A stretch of DNA of 64,000 nt from Solirubrobacterales bacterium (GTDB lineage: Bacteria > Actinomycetota > Thermoleophilia > Solirubrobacterales > JACPNS01), in the NCBI GenBank assembly GCA_051306435.1, contig JBPPNF010000040.1, forward strand, positions 5,958-69,957, in the 5' to 3' direction. Every line of letters starts with the position of its first letter. Position 1 is the first letter of the stretch. Both the position numbers and the translations under genes were made by a program. Shown piece after piece: positions 8,507 to 19,402 of the stretch. The notes under the pieces are model-generated. The model was not told where the DNA came from. It worked only from the letters and a program-made list of their open reading frames with translations, and ran no database searches.

Positions 8507-10459
8507 TCAGGAGCTGATTGCCGATGATTCGTCGCTGGTGTGATCAACCGGTTCGTCTGGATGGACCTCAGGATGCCCCGGATCCGGAGCTTCACCATGA
8601 TCGAGTACGTCGGCGTTCGGAGCTTCTGAAACGCGGCGCAGCACGGCCTCTCCGTACGTTTCGAGTTTCGCCGCGCCGACGCCTTTGACGTCAGACAGCT
8701 GATCGATCGTTGACGGGCGCGTTCGCGCGATCCCGCGCAGCGTCTTGTTGTCGAAGATCACGTAGGCGGGGACGCCGCGCTCGTCGGCCTCGGCCTTGCG
8801 CCAGGTGCGCAGCGCCTCGAAGAGCAGTTCGTCGTCCGGCGTGAGCGGATCCTCGCCTTCCGCCACGGCCGCAGCGCGCTTCTTGCTGACGCGCTCCTTC
8901 TTTGCCGCGACGCGCAGCTCCAGCGGATCCTCGCTCTTGACAAACTCGCGCCAGTCGCCGGCCAGGCGCAGAACATTGAAGTGGTCTGGATCGACCCGCA
9001 CGTACCCGACGGCGACCAACTGACGCAGCACTGCGCGCCACTGCTGTTCGCTGACCCCGGCGCCGATGCCCCAGGTCGAGAGATTCCAGTGGTTGAAGCG
9101 GTGGACCTTGTCGGTTTCGCGGCCGCGCAGGACGTCGAAGATGTGCTGAGAGCCGAAGTTCTGATCGCAGCGATAGATACAGCTGATCAACATGCGCGCC
9201 TCGCGGCCGGCGTCCCAGGTCTCGGGCGGGGTGAGGCAGTTGTCGCAGTTGCCGCACGGATCTGACGCTTCGTCGAAGTAGGCGAGCAGTTGCTGGCGGC
9301 GGCAGTGCGTGCTCTCGCACATTGCGAGCAGCGCGTCAAGCTTGCGGCGCAGGGCCTGCTTGTGGCGCTCGTCGGCGTCGCCGCCCTCGAGCATGTTGCG
9401 CTGGAGCACGACGTCCTGAAGGCCGTAGACCATCCACGCATCAGCGGGCTCGCTGTCGCGCCCGGCGCGGCCGGTCTCCTGGTAGTAGCCCTCGATGTTC
9501 TTGGGCAGGTCGAGGTGCGCGACAAAGCGGACGTCGGGTTTGTCGATGCCCATGCCGAAGGCGATCGTCGCCGTCATCACCAGGCCGTCCTCGCGCAGGA
9601 AGCGGTCCTGATGGCGCTGGCGCTTGTTGGCGTCGAGACCCGCGTGGTAGGGCAACGCGGGCACGCCGTTATCGGAAAGGAAGCGAGCGGTGTCCTCGAC
9701 CTTCTTGCGCGAGAGGCAGTAGACGATCCCCGCCTCGCCGTCGTGCTCGTTCTTGATGAACTTCAGGAGCTGGTCGCGCGCGTTCTTCTTCTCGTCGATC
9801 GCGTAGCGGATGTTCGGGCGGTCAAAGCTGCTGACGTACATCGTCGCGCGCTGAAGATCGAGGTTGACCGCGATCTCGCGTCGGGTGAGTGAATCTGCCG
9901 TGGCGGTCAGCGCCACGCGTGGCACGTCGGAAAAGCGCTCGTGCAGAACCGTGAGGCCCTGGTACTCGGGCCGGAAGTCGTGGCCCCACTGCGAGACGCA
10001 GTGCGCCTCGTCGATCGCAAACAGCGCGAGCTTGCCGGCGTCGTGGAGCGTGGCGAGATCCACCAGGAAGTTGACGTTGGTGACGCGTTCGGGCGCGGCG
10101 TAGAGCAACGTGATCTCGCCGGCGAGCATGCGCTCGCGGGTGCGCGCGAAGTCCTCGGGGCTGAGCGTGGAGTTCAGAAATGCTGCCTCAATCCCGAGCT
10201 CGTGCAGCGCGAGCACCTGATCGCGCATCAGGGCGATCAGTGGCGAGACGACGACCGTGATGCCGTGCCCGGCACGCTGCCTCGCGATAGCTGGCAACTG
10301 ATAACAAAGTGACTTGCCAGCACCGGTCGGCATCAGCACCAGCGCGTCTTCGCCGGCGGAGACCCGCTCGATGATCTCGCCCTGCTCGCCGCGGAAGCTG
10401 TCGAAGCCGAAGACCTCTTCGAGGATCCGCTGCGGTTCGGTGGCGTCGGTCAGCGGCAT
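8507..10459 (-). CDS. recQ: ATP-dependent DNA helicase RecQ
   Basis: 650 aa. Carries [31 protein letters not shown], a Zn-binding Cys cluster (CRRQ..CGNCDNC) and a C-terminal HRDC-like region. Confidence 0.96.
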   Translation of the reverse strand: MPLTDATEPQRILEEVFGFDSFRGEQGEIIERVSAGEDALVLMPTGAGKSLCYQLPAIARQRAGHGITVVVSPLIALMRDQVLALHELGIEAAFLNSTLSPEDFARTRERMLAGEITLLYAAPERVTNVNFLVDLATLHDAGKLALFAIDEAHCVSQWGHDFRPEYQGLTVLHERFSDVPRVALTATADSLTRREIAVNLDLQRATMYVSSFDRPNIRYAIDEKKNARDQLLKFIKNEHDGEAGIVYCLSRKKVEDTARFLSDNGVPALPYHAGLDANKRQRHQDRFLREDGLVMTATIAFGMGIDKPDVRFVAHLDLPKNIEGYYQETGRAGRDSEPADAWMVYGLQDVVLQRNMLEGGDADERHKQALRRKLDALLAMCESTHCRRQQLLAYFDEASDPCGNCDNCLTPPETWDAGREARMLISCIYRCDQNFGSQHIFDVLRGRETDKVHRFNHWNLSTWGIGAGVSEQQWRAVLRQLVAVGYVRVDPDHFNVLRLAGDWREFVKSEDPLELRVAAKKERVSKKRAAAVAEGEDPLTPDDELLFEALRTWRKAEADERGVPAYVIFDNKTLRGIARTRPSTIDQLSDVKGVGAAKLETYGEAVLRRVSEAPNADVLDHGEAPDPGHPEVHPDEPVDHTSDESSAISS

Positions 10460-10597
10460 GGGCGCAGGCTAGTGGCCGTCGACGCTTGCAACGATCAGAA
10501 GGGCGCAGAATTTGCTGATTCGTCGCGAAGTCTGTGCATGACCGTCACATACGTTGATTGTCCGTCGCTACGCCTGCCCCGTCACTAGATTTTCTCC

Positions 10598-11155
10598 ATG
10601 TCGCCGTTGCTCATCGCCGTCAGCATTCTGATTGTCGCCGCCGGGTATCTGCTCGGTCTGTACAACGCCACCGTCAAGGCGCGCAACCTTGTCGACGAGT
10701 CCTGGTCCGGGGTTGACGTGCAGCTCAAGCGCCGCCGCGACCTGCTGCCGAATCTTGTCGCCACGGTGCAGGCCTACGCCGCCCAAGAGGCCGAGACCCT
10801 GCAGATCGTCGCCGAGGCGCGCGTGGTCGCTGAATCGGCTTCACACGCGAATGCGATCCAGGGCGCGAACGCCGAGAACCGCGTCACACATTCTCTGCGC
10901 GGTCTCTTTGCTGTCACCGAGAACTACCCGGCACTGAAGGCCGACCAGAACTTCATGCAGCTACAGCGCGAGCTGGTGGACATCGAGAACCAGGTCGCCG
11001 GGGCCCGCACGATCTTCAACGGAAACGCGCGTGCCTACAACGACAAGATTCAGAGCATCCCCGCCAACTTTTTCGCTGCGACGCTCGGCTTCAAGCCACG
11101 CCCGTACGTCGAGGCGGCGGCGCGCGAGCGCGTGCCGACCCGGGTGGGGGTCTGA
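10598..11155 (+). CDS. lemA: LemA family protein
   Basis: 185 aa. N-terminal TM, then YNATVKARNLVDESWSGVDVQLKRRRDLLPNLV and ENYPALKADQNF, characteristic of LemA. Confidence 0.9.
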   Translation: MSPLLIAVSILIVAAGYLLGLYNATVKARNLVDESWSGVDVQLKRRRDLLPNLVATVQAYAAQEAETLQIVAEARVVAESASHANAIQGANAENRVTHSLRGLFAVTENYPALKADQNFMQLQRELVDIENQVAGARTIFNGNARAYNDKIQSIPANFFAATLGFKPRPYVEAAARERVPTRVGV

Positions 11156-11993
11156 TGGCCCTGAAGCCCTACTCGCACTACGCCGAAGCCGGAACCACGG
11201 CCGCCTACGAGCGTTGGAACTCGAAGATGAAGTTCTTCGTCGCCGGCCTGGCGATACTCGGAATCGGCGTGGCGCTCTTGATCGCGCGAAGCATCGAGTT
11301 CCCGGTCTTCGGCGCGATTGCCGGCGGCCTGTTCGGCTACCTCGTGTTTCGCCTGGTCGTCAGGAGCAGCGCGGCGGCCAGCGCCGACCAGGCCTACTCC
11401 GCCGACTGGTGCAAAGAGCGCGGGATGCGATCGCTCGGCGACGACACCTTCCCGAACAACGCGCCGTACGCCAAGAGCGGCGACAAGCGCGAGGCGACCG
11501 ACGCCTTCGAAGGCGAGTGGAACGGCCTGCAGACGCTGTTCTACAACTTCACCTACACCGACGAGGGCAGCGGCGACGATTCGGACACCGATTACGACTT
11601 CAAGATCATGCGCCTGACCGGGCGCGAGCTTCCGATCCGCCAGCTGACGATCCACCAGCGCGGCTTCATGAACACGTTCAAGTTCGTCGATTCAATCCAG
11701 GAGGCTTTGACGAGCGAGAAGTCAGTCTCGCTGGAGAGCGGTGAGTTCAACGAGAAGTGGGACCTGACGATCGACGACGGCGCCGATGAGATCTGGATCC
11801 GCCGAATCTTCGATCCCGCCACGATCGCCGCCCTCAACGACGGGCACTTCACGATCCCCGACGTCAAGTACTACGACCGGGCGTGGTGGTTCGTCGAGAA
11901 GGAGCACTTCTCGATCGACGAACTTGAGACCTGGCCCGGAAAGCAGAAGCTCGCCGCCGATGCGGTCGAGCTTCTGTCCCGGGTTCAGACTCT

Positions 11994-11997
<4 letters not shown>
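11155..11997 (+). CDS. membrane protein, LemA-associated (DUF3137-like)
   Basis: ATGA overlap with lemA. Two N-terminal TM helices. The C-terminal part (SVSLESGEFNEKWDLT..DEIWIRRIFDPATIAAL) resembles my recollection of DUF3137. Confidence 0.6.
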
Positions 11998-13241
<1,244 letters not shown>

Positions 13242-13550
13242 CTCTGAAAGTCTTTCTGTGGTTTTGGCTCAGACGCGCGTCCTGTTGACGCACTACTTGA
13301 GCATTCGTGTGGCTGTCTTTCGTGACTTCACATGAATCCAGCTGAGCTGGCGTAAACGGGATGTCCGGGATTGGTCTTGGCCCATGGGGGCGGGCTCGCA
13401 ATCCTTCGAAATATGACCACTACAGGCGACGTGCTCCATGCACGTGTTTGCCTGTCGTTGGAGTGATTATCGCAGGGTGAGACGTTTTCCTTGATTTTGC
13501 GGCCGTTAATGCACGCTGATCCCGTCAGTTTCTCCCCCTCGATCGTCAGG

Positions 13551-13612
13551 TTGCGTCAGCGCAATTCTGCCGTGAGCCGCAGAGGACGCAGCTCAGAATT
13601 GTGCTGGCGCAA
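13551..13612 (-). other. 62-nt imperfect inverted repeat (long hairpin) immediately 3' of tRNA-Gln
   Basis: By hand pairing, 13551-13569 pairs with 13594-13612: 19 positions, two of which are G-T on the plus strand and A-C on the minus strand. A possible short inner stem is 13576-13580/13588-13592. No U-tract follows on either strand. Confidence 0.4.
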
Positions 13613-13617
13613 TCTGA

Positions 13618-13688
13618 CTGGGGCACCTGGATTCGAACCAGGGATCCCGGGACCAAAACCCGGAGCCTTACCACTTGGCCATGCCCCA
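13618..13688 (-). tRNA. tRNA-Gln (anticodon TTG)
   Basis: Manual cloverleaf: acceptor TGGGGCA/TGCCCCA (U1-A72, G73 discriminator, as in bacterial tRNA-Gln), anticodon stem CCGGG/CCCGG with loop TTTTGGT, T-arm CCTGG-TTCGAAT-CCAGG. CCA is not encoded. Confidence 0.88.
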
Positions 13689-13778
13689 TCAAGTCCAACT
13701 CTGTGGACTGAATACAGATCCTAGTGGCGGACAAAGGGCTAGCCTCGCCCCGGGGGATCACTTCAATCGGAGGATCAA

Positions 13779-15266
13779 GTGGACGTTCAGGAGTACATGG
13801 GGTACGACGCGACCGGGCTGGCCGAGCTCGTCGCAAGCAAGCAGGTCACGGCCGCAGAACTGCTCGACCTCGCGCGCAAGCGCGCAGCCGCGGTCAATCC
13901 GAAGACCAACTCCATCGTCATTCCGATCGACAAGGAGTCCGACGCCCAGGCCGCCGACCCAAACCTTTCCGGGGCGCTCGCCGGCGTTCCGTTCCTGATC
14001 AAGGACTTGATGCAGGAGTACAAGGGTTACCCGACCACCGAGGGCTCGCACGCGCTGAAGAACTACGTCGCCGACGAGCACGCACTGGTGACTCAGCGCT
14101 TCCTCGACGCCGGCCTCGTCATCTTCGGCAAGACCAACACGCCGGAGTTCGGCGCCAAGGGCATCACCGAGTCTGAACTCTGGGGACCGAGCCGCAACCC
14201 ATGGGACCTCGGTCGCACACCCGGCGGATCGTCCGGTGGATCGGGCTCAGCGGTCGCCGCTGGAATCGTCCCTGCTGCTGGCGCGAACGACGGCGGTGGA
14301 TCGATCCGCATCCCCGCCGGGTGCAACGGACTGGTCGGTCTCAAGCCGAGCCGCGGACTTGCTCCGTACGGCCCGCAGACCAGCGAGCCGATGTTCGGTA
14401 TGTCTGTGCAGGGAGTCGTTTCACGCACAGTGCGCGACAGCGCAGCGCTGTTCGATTCGATCATCGGGCGCAGTTCGATCGGCGACTACGAGGGCGCGTT
14501 GCCGCCAGGACCGTTTGCAGAGCTGATCAAGTCAAAGCCGGGAAAGCTGAAGATCGGTTACTCCGCGAAGTCCGCGATCAACGACACCCCAGACCCTGAT
14601 GCCGTGAAGGCGCTCGAGTTCACGGCGCAGTTGCTGGCCGAGCTCGGACACGAGGTCGAGCAAGTCGAGCCGCCCTACGACGACAAGGCACTCGCCGAAG
14701 ACTTCCTGACGATCTGGTTCGCGCAGCTCGCAGGCACTGTCGCGCTCGCCAAGGAAGCGACCGGCGCGAGGAACGCCGACTTCGAGGCCGACACGCTTGC
14801 GATTGTCGAGCTCGGGCGCACGAACGGAGTTGTCGCGGCCGCGAAGGCGATGTCACACAACATCGACTACGTCCGTGCCGTCGAAAAGTTCTACGAGTCC
14901 TACGACTACTTCCTCACGCCAACCGTCTCCCGCAAGCCGGTGAAGATTGGCGAGCTCGACATGTCGCCCGCACTACAGAAGGGCGCGCGCTTCATCCACG
15001 CCGCGCGCGGCGGAAAGCTGCTGCTGAAGTCGGGAATCATGGAGGAACTGATCGCCGACAACCTCGGCTGGGTTCCGTACACGCAGATGGCGAACCTGAC
15101 CGGTCGGCCCGCAATCACCGTGCCCGTGTTCTGGACCGACGACGAGATGCCGCTCGGAGTTCAGTTCAACGGCAGTCTCGGATCCGACGGCGCGCTGTTG
15201 CAACTTGCGGCGCAACTCGAAGCGGCCAGGCCCTGGGCGCAGCGCCACCCGGCGCCTGTCAAGTAG
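13779..15266 (+). CDS. amidase (amidase-signature family)
   Basis: 495 aa. Signature [14 protein letters not shown]...[11 protein letters not shown] start preceded by GGAGGA. Confidence 0.92.
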   Translation: MDVQEYMGYDATGLAELVASKQVTAAELLDLARKRAAAVNPKTNSIVIPIDKESDAQAADPNLSGALAGVPFLIKDLMQEYKGYPTTEGSHALKNYVADEHALVTQRFLDAGLVIFGKTNTPEFGAKGITESELWGPSRNPWDLGRTPGGSSGGSGSAVAAGIVPAAGANDGGGSIRIPAGCNGLVGLKPSRGLAPYGPQTSEPMFGMSVQGVVSRTVRDSAALFDSIIGRSSIGDYEGALPPGPFAELIKSKPGKLKIGYSAKSAINDTPDPDAVKALEFTAQLLAELGHEVEQVEPPYDDKALAEDFLTIWFAQLAGTVALAKEATGARNADFEADTLAIVELGRTNGVVAAAKAMSHNIDYVRAVEKFYESYDYFLTPTVSRKPVKIGELDMSPALQKGARFIHAARGGKLLLKSGIMEELIADNLGWVPYTQMANLTGRPAITVPVFWTDDEMPLGVQFNGSLGSDGALLQLAAQLEAARPWAQRHPAPVK

Positions 15267-15460
15267 GTTGCCGGGATCGAACTGCTCGGACTGCGCACGA
15301 CGATCTATCCGACCGACGATCTGGGCGCGAGCGTCGCGTACTTCAACGAGCTGCTCGGGGTTGATCCGAACTCCGAGCCCGCCGACGGCGTGCAGAGCTG
15401 TTGGGGCGTGAAGGACGCGGCAGCGGCCGGCGCGGAGCTGATCGAGTCAGGCGCTTCCGT
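15267..15460 (+). pseudogene. VOC/glyoxalase-family gene remnant (no start, internal deletion, truncated)
   Basis: It begins directly after the amidase TAG in the same frame and reads VAGIELLGLRTTIYPTDDLGASVAYFNELLGVDPNSEPADGVQSCWGVKDAAAAGAELIESGASV. This resembles both ends of the roughly 120-aa VOC proteins I recall, but with about 20 central residues and the C-terminus missing. There is no in-frame ATG/GTG/TTG before 15387. Confidence 0.45.
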
Positions 15461-15462
15461 AG

Positions 15463-16185
15463 TCAGCGGTACTCCGGGTTCGGGTTCTCGAAGTCGAACC
15501 GCTCGCCCTTTTCCCACTCGGCGGCTTGGTTTCCGTATGCCGGTAGGCCGCCAGCGTTCTTCAACATCCGCGCGAGGTGCATGAGGTTCCACGTCATGAA
15601 CGTGGTGTTCCGATTCGTGAAGTCATTGTCTTGACCGCCGCCCTCTGCGTCGAGATACGACGGCCCCGGCCCCGCTTCACCGATCCAACCGGCATCTGCC
15701 TGCGGCGGAATCACGTAACCAACGTGCTGAAGTGAATAGAGGATGTTCATCGCGCAGTGCTTGATGCCGTCCTCGTTGCCGGTGATCAGGCAGCCGCCGA
15801 CGCGGCCGTAGTAGGCCCACTGGCCATCCTCGTTGCGCTCGCCCGAGTGCGCGTAGAGGCGCTCGATCACCTTCTTCATCTCAGAGCTGTTGTCGCCGAG
15901 CCAGATCGGGCCGGCCAGCACGAGGATGTCGGCGCCGAAGACCGTCGGCCAGAGATCGACCCACTCGTCCTTGTCCCATCCGTGCTCGCGCATGTCCGGG
16001 TAGACGCCGACCGCGATCTCATGATCGATCGAGCGGATCTGGTTGACGGTCACGCCGTGCGTGGACATGATCGCGGCGGAGATGTCGATCAGGCCCTGGG
16101 TGTTTGAAATCTCTGGGGATCGCTTGAGCGTGCAGTTGATGAATGTGGCCGAGAGATCCGTGAAGTCGAGATCGATGTCGGTCAT
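15463..16185 (-). CDS. flavodoxin-fold NAD(P)H-dependent FMN oxidoreductase
   Basis: 240 aa from the internal Met (MTDIDLDF...) of ORF 15463..17307. Carries ILVLAGPIWLGDNSSEMKKVIERL and GCLITGNEDG. Hand-counted 60-nt lines give about 52-57% GC, against about 72% in the amidase gene. Confidence 0.8.
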   Translation of the reverse strand: MTDIDLDFTDLSATFINCTLKRSPEISNTQGLIDISAAIMSTHGVTVNQIRSIDHEIAVGVYPDMREHGWDKDEWVDLWPTVFGADILVLAGPIWLGDNSSEMKKVIERLYAHSGERNEDGQWAYYGRVGGCLITGNEDGIKHCAMNILYSLQHVGYVIPPQADAGWIGEAGPGPSYLDAEGGGQDNDFTNRNTTFMTWNLMHLARMLKNAGGLPAYGNQAAEWEKGERFDFENPNPEYR

Positions 16186-16190
16186 GGCTC

Positions 16191-17972
16191 CTATTTGAGT
16201 CTGAAGTTCATTTTGAAGAGGCCAGTTCGGCCGTCGAGCAATGTGACGCGTACGGTGAGCACGTAGCTGCCCTTCGGCAGCGTACGCGTGACCCGATACT
16301 TCCAGCTGTTGGTTCCCGAAGCGGAGAGGTAGTAGGGCTTGCTGCATCTGCCCTTTGTCGCCTTGACGGATTTGAACTTCGCCTTCATGCCCTTCATCCA
16401 GTAGCAACGCCTTTTTTTCTTGAGCGCCTTGCTGTCTTTTCGTTGGAGCGCGACCTTGACCGACTTGACCGAGCCGGACGGTCCGGCAGTTCCGGACAGC
16501 AAATGGAGTTTTGATGCCTTCATCGACTTGGATTTCGGCGAAGTGACCGTCGCAGTGGGCGGGTCGATCGGGCGTGAAGACGTAGCGGGCGGGTCGGGCA
16601 ACAGCCGCATCAGTGTGGTGTTGGCCTGCCCTGATCGCGCCACGCTCACCACGAGTTTGCCGTCGGGCTGAAGTTCGATTCGACTTGCATTCAGCGCTGA
16701 CGGGTTGACCAGTCCACTGCTTCCGTAGCCGGCGTCGGTCGATCCGTCCGTGTTGAACCGCCCGACAAACCCTGTGTTGCTGTCGACACCGGCAAGCCCT
16801 CCGAGGGTCTTGCCGTCTGGCTGCACCGCAAGGTCGTACGCGGCACTGCCACCGCCGCCGATCTGCAGCAACCTCACTCCACTCGTCCCAAATGACGTGT
16901 CCAGCGCGCCAGTTGCGGTGTAACGCGCCAGGCCCATAAAGGTCGCGTACGTCGACGGATCGGGATGCGTGTTCTGGTACCCACCCGCAACGAAACCGCC
17001 GCCAGGTGCGGGCGCAACGGTATTTATCTCGCCGAGCTGTGTGTTGTCCGCAGACCAGTAGTAGGTCACGATGCCCGGCGTCGGAGAATGATTGCCAGCA
17101 CCGCCGATGAACGACGTGTCGAGAGCGCCGCCTTCCGTTATTCGAACGAGCGTCGGCTGAGTGATCGTCGGACCGCCTCCCGGCAGTACGCGTCCGCCCA
17201 TCACGTAGCCAGCATCTCCCGGAACGTCGGCAAGTGCCCTGAAGTCGAGGTCCGTCGTCGTGAACGGGATACTCAGCTTTCCGTCGCCAGAGAAGCTCGA
17301 ATCCCACGTGCCGTCCACGTTCAGTCTGCCGATCGCGAGGCTCGAATACGCTCCGGCGCTCATGTAGGCCTCGTAGTAGCTCTCCCCACTCATCACAATC
17401 TTGCCCGACGGTTCAACGATCAGCTTTCGCGCCGTTTCGCTCGGTGCGGGCGGACCGGGCGGTCCGATGTTCAGCATCAGGATTCCGTTCCCCACTGAAT
17501 CGCCGTCGAAGGTCGGGTCGAGCTGGCCGCTCGAAGTGAAGCGAATAACGGCGAACAGTCCTGGCGCATTTATTGGCGTCGTCGGGTACACGCGAGCACC
17601 GACCACCACCGAGCCGTCTGGCTGCGCACCAACCCCGGTCACGGCGTTGATCGCGGTGCCGGCCGGCAGGGCGGCTGTCGCGAGACCGCCGTCGCCGAAC
17701 GAACTGTCGATCGACCCATCTGGGTTGAATCGCTGAACGCTGATGCTGTACGCGCCGGCGTCGTAGAGCGAGCCCGCCGCGAGGATCTGGCCGGATGCCG
17801 TGAGCGCGATCTCTTCGGCTCCGGTCGACGGGAAGGTGGCGTTGGTGGGCGCCGTAGCGAAGCCGCCGACACCAAAGGTCGGATCGAGATCGCCCGGCGC
17901 CGCGAGAGCGGAGGTCGTCGCGGTGGTGAGAAGGAGGATGGCAATTGTCAGCGCTCTGAAGATTCGGTACAT
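16191..17972 (-). CDS. secreted delta-60 repeat (beta-propeller-like) protein with Lys-rich C-terminal Ig-like domain
   Basis: 593 aa from the internal Met (MYRIFRALTIAILLLTTATTSALA, a signal peptide) of ORF 16191..18767. Repeated units of the form G.LD.SFG.GG ... DG..V..G. The C-terminal ~120 aa are K-rich with two Cys. Confidence 0.8.
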   Translation of the reverse strand: MYRIFRALTIAILLLTTATTSALAAPGDLDPTFGVGGFATAPTNATFPSTGAEEIALTASGQILAAGSLYDAGAYSISVQRFNPDGSIDSSFGDGGLATAALPAGTAINAVTGVGAQPDGSVVVGARVYPTTPINAPGLFAVIRFTSSGQLDPTFDGDSVGNGILMLNIGPPGPPAPSETARKLIVEPSGKIVMSGESYYEAYMSAGAYSSLAIGRLNVDGTWDSSFSGDGKLSIPFTTTDLDFRALADVPGDAGYVMGGRVLPGGGPTITQPTLVRITEGGALDTSFIGGAGNHSPTPGIVTYYWSADNTQLGEINTVAPAPGGGFVAGGYQNTHPDPSTYATFMGLARYTATGALDTSFGTSGVRLLQIGGGGSAAYDLAVQPDGKTLGGLAGVDSNTGFVGRFNTDGSTDAGYGSSGLVNPSALNASRIELQPDGKLVVSVARSGQANTTLMRLLPDPPATSSRPIDPPTATVTSPKSKSMKASKLHLLSGTAGPSGSVKSVKVALQRKDSKALKKKRRCYWMKGMKAKFKSVKATKGRCSKPYYLSASGTNSWKYRVTRTLPKGSYVLTVRVTLLDGRTGLFKMNFRLK

Positions 17973-18017
17973 ATCCGAGTTATACCGCGTCCCCGCGCGT
18001 GAAAGTAGGATGGCGCG

Positions 18018-19388
18018 ATGGCAGCAGTGGACGCAGTCGCAATCATGGCCGGGGGCAAAGGCACCCGTATGCGCTCGTCCCTGACCAAAATGCGCCACCA
18101 GGTCGGTGGCCTGCCGATGCTGGTCTACCCCGTTCTGGCCGCACAGCACGCCGGCGCAGAGCGTGTGATCGTGATCACCGGACCCGATGACGACTTCGCG
18201 GACATCCTGCCCGAGGGTGCCGTAACGGCGACCCAGCACGAAGCCAACGGTACCGGCGACGCAGTCAAATCTGCCGAGGAGGCAATCGGCGACGCCGCGC
18301 ACGTGATCATCCTCAGCGGCGACGTCCCGCTGATCGACGCAGACTTTGTCGACGGTCTCGGCGAAGTGCTCCACGAGACTGGCGCAGCGATGGTCATCGC
18401 CACTGCCCGCCTTGAGGACCCGACGGGCTACGGCCGCATTGTCCGCGGCGAAGACGGCAGCGTCGAGCGCGTGGTGGAGACCAAGGCCGATGGCGACGCG
18501 ACTCCAGAAGCACACGCGATCGACGAGGTCAACGCCGGCATCTACGCCTTCGACCGGGCCAAGCTTTTCGCCGCGCTCGCGCAGGTTGGCTCCGACAACG
18601 CGCAGGGCGAGTACTACCTCCCCGACGTGCTCCCGATCCTCCTTGCTGAGGGCGAACTCGTCGTGGCCTACGAACTTGACGCGCCCGAGCTCATGCTCGG
18701 CGTGAACGATCGCGCGGATCTTTCCGTCGTGCAGCAGCTGATGAACGCCCGCATCATCAACGACCACCAGCTGACCGGCGTGACCGTGATCGACCCGGAC
18801 TCAACCTGGATCGAGGCGACCGTTCAGATCGGTGAGGACACCGTGATCGAGCCGGGCACCTATCTGCGCGGCGCAACGGACATCGGCTCTGGCGCGACGA
18901 TCGGTCCCGCCACCACGATCGCCCACTGCGAGATCGGCGACGGCGCGACAGTCCTGCACTCGTACCTCGTGCAGGCGAAGGTCGGCGTGAACGCTTCAGT
19001 CGGTCCATTCGCCTACCTGCGCCCGGACGCAGAGCTCGCTGAGGGCGCCAAGGTCGGCACCTTCGTGGAGGTCAAGAACTCGAAGATCGGACCCGGCGCG
19101 AAGGTTCCGCACCTCTCTTACATCGGCGACGCAGACGTCGGCGAAGGGGCCAACCTGGGCGCCGCCACGATCACCGCGAACTACGACGGGAAGAACAAGC
19201 ACCGCACCGTGATCGGACCGGGCGTGCGGACCGGCGTCGACACAACTCTGGTCGCTCCCGTGACTGTCGGCGATGGCGCCTACACTGGAGCAGGAAGTGT
19301 GATTACCAGGGACGTGCCGGCCGACGCTCTTGCCGTGGCCCGCGCCCGACAGAAGACCATCGAGGATTACGCGCAGCGCCGGAAGTAA
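18018..19388 (+). CDS. glmU: bifunctional UDP-N-acetylglucosamine diphosphorylase / glucosamine-1-phosphate N-acetyltransferase
   Basis: 456 aa. MAGGKGTRMRS motif and C-terminal left-handed beta-helix hexapeptide repeats. Confidence 0.95.
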   Translation: MAAVDAVAIMAGGKGTRMRSSLTKMRHQVGGLPMLVYPVLAAQHAGAERVIVITGPDDDFADILPEGAVTATQHEANGTGDAVKSAEEAIGDAAHVIILSGDVPLIDADFVDGLGEVLHETGAAMVIATARLEDPTGYGRIVRGEDGSVERVVETKADGDATPEAHAIDEVNAGIYAFDRAKLFAALAQVGSDNAQGEYYLPDVLPILLAEGELVVAYELDAPELMLGVNDRADLSVVQQLMNARIINDHQLTGVTVIDPDSTWIEATVQIGEDTVIEPGTYLRGATDIGSGATIGPATTIAHCEIGDGATVLHSYLVQAKVGVNASVGPFAYLRPDAELAEGAKVGTFVEVKNSKIGPGAKVPHLSYIGDADVGEGANLGAATITANYDGKNKHRTVIGPGVRTGVDTTLVAPVTVGDGAYTGAGSVITRDVPADALAVARARQKTIEDYAQRRK

Positions 19389-19402
19389 CTGCGAAGGAAG
19401 GC

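Noticed and set aside
13242-13780. tRNA-Gln as an integration hotspot or genomic-island boundary.
   Set aside because: There is no integrase and no duplicated copy of the tRNA 3' end, and no phage or IS genes on either side. The flanking genes are a DEAD-box helicase and an amidase.
16186-18767. The 614-aa and 858-aa minus-strand ORFs (15463..17307 and 16191..18767), read as giant proteins.
   Set aside because: Only their C-terminal parts are protein-like. The upstream extensions overlap each other and glmU in antisense and are low-complexity. Internal Mets at 16185 and 17972 give a clean flavodoxin-like protein and a signal-peptide-bearing repeat protein.
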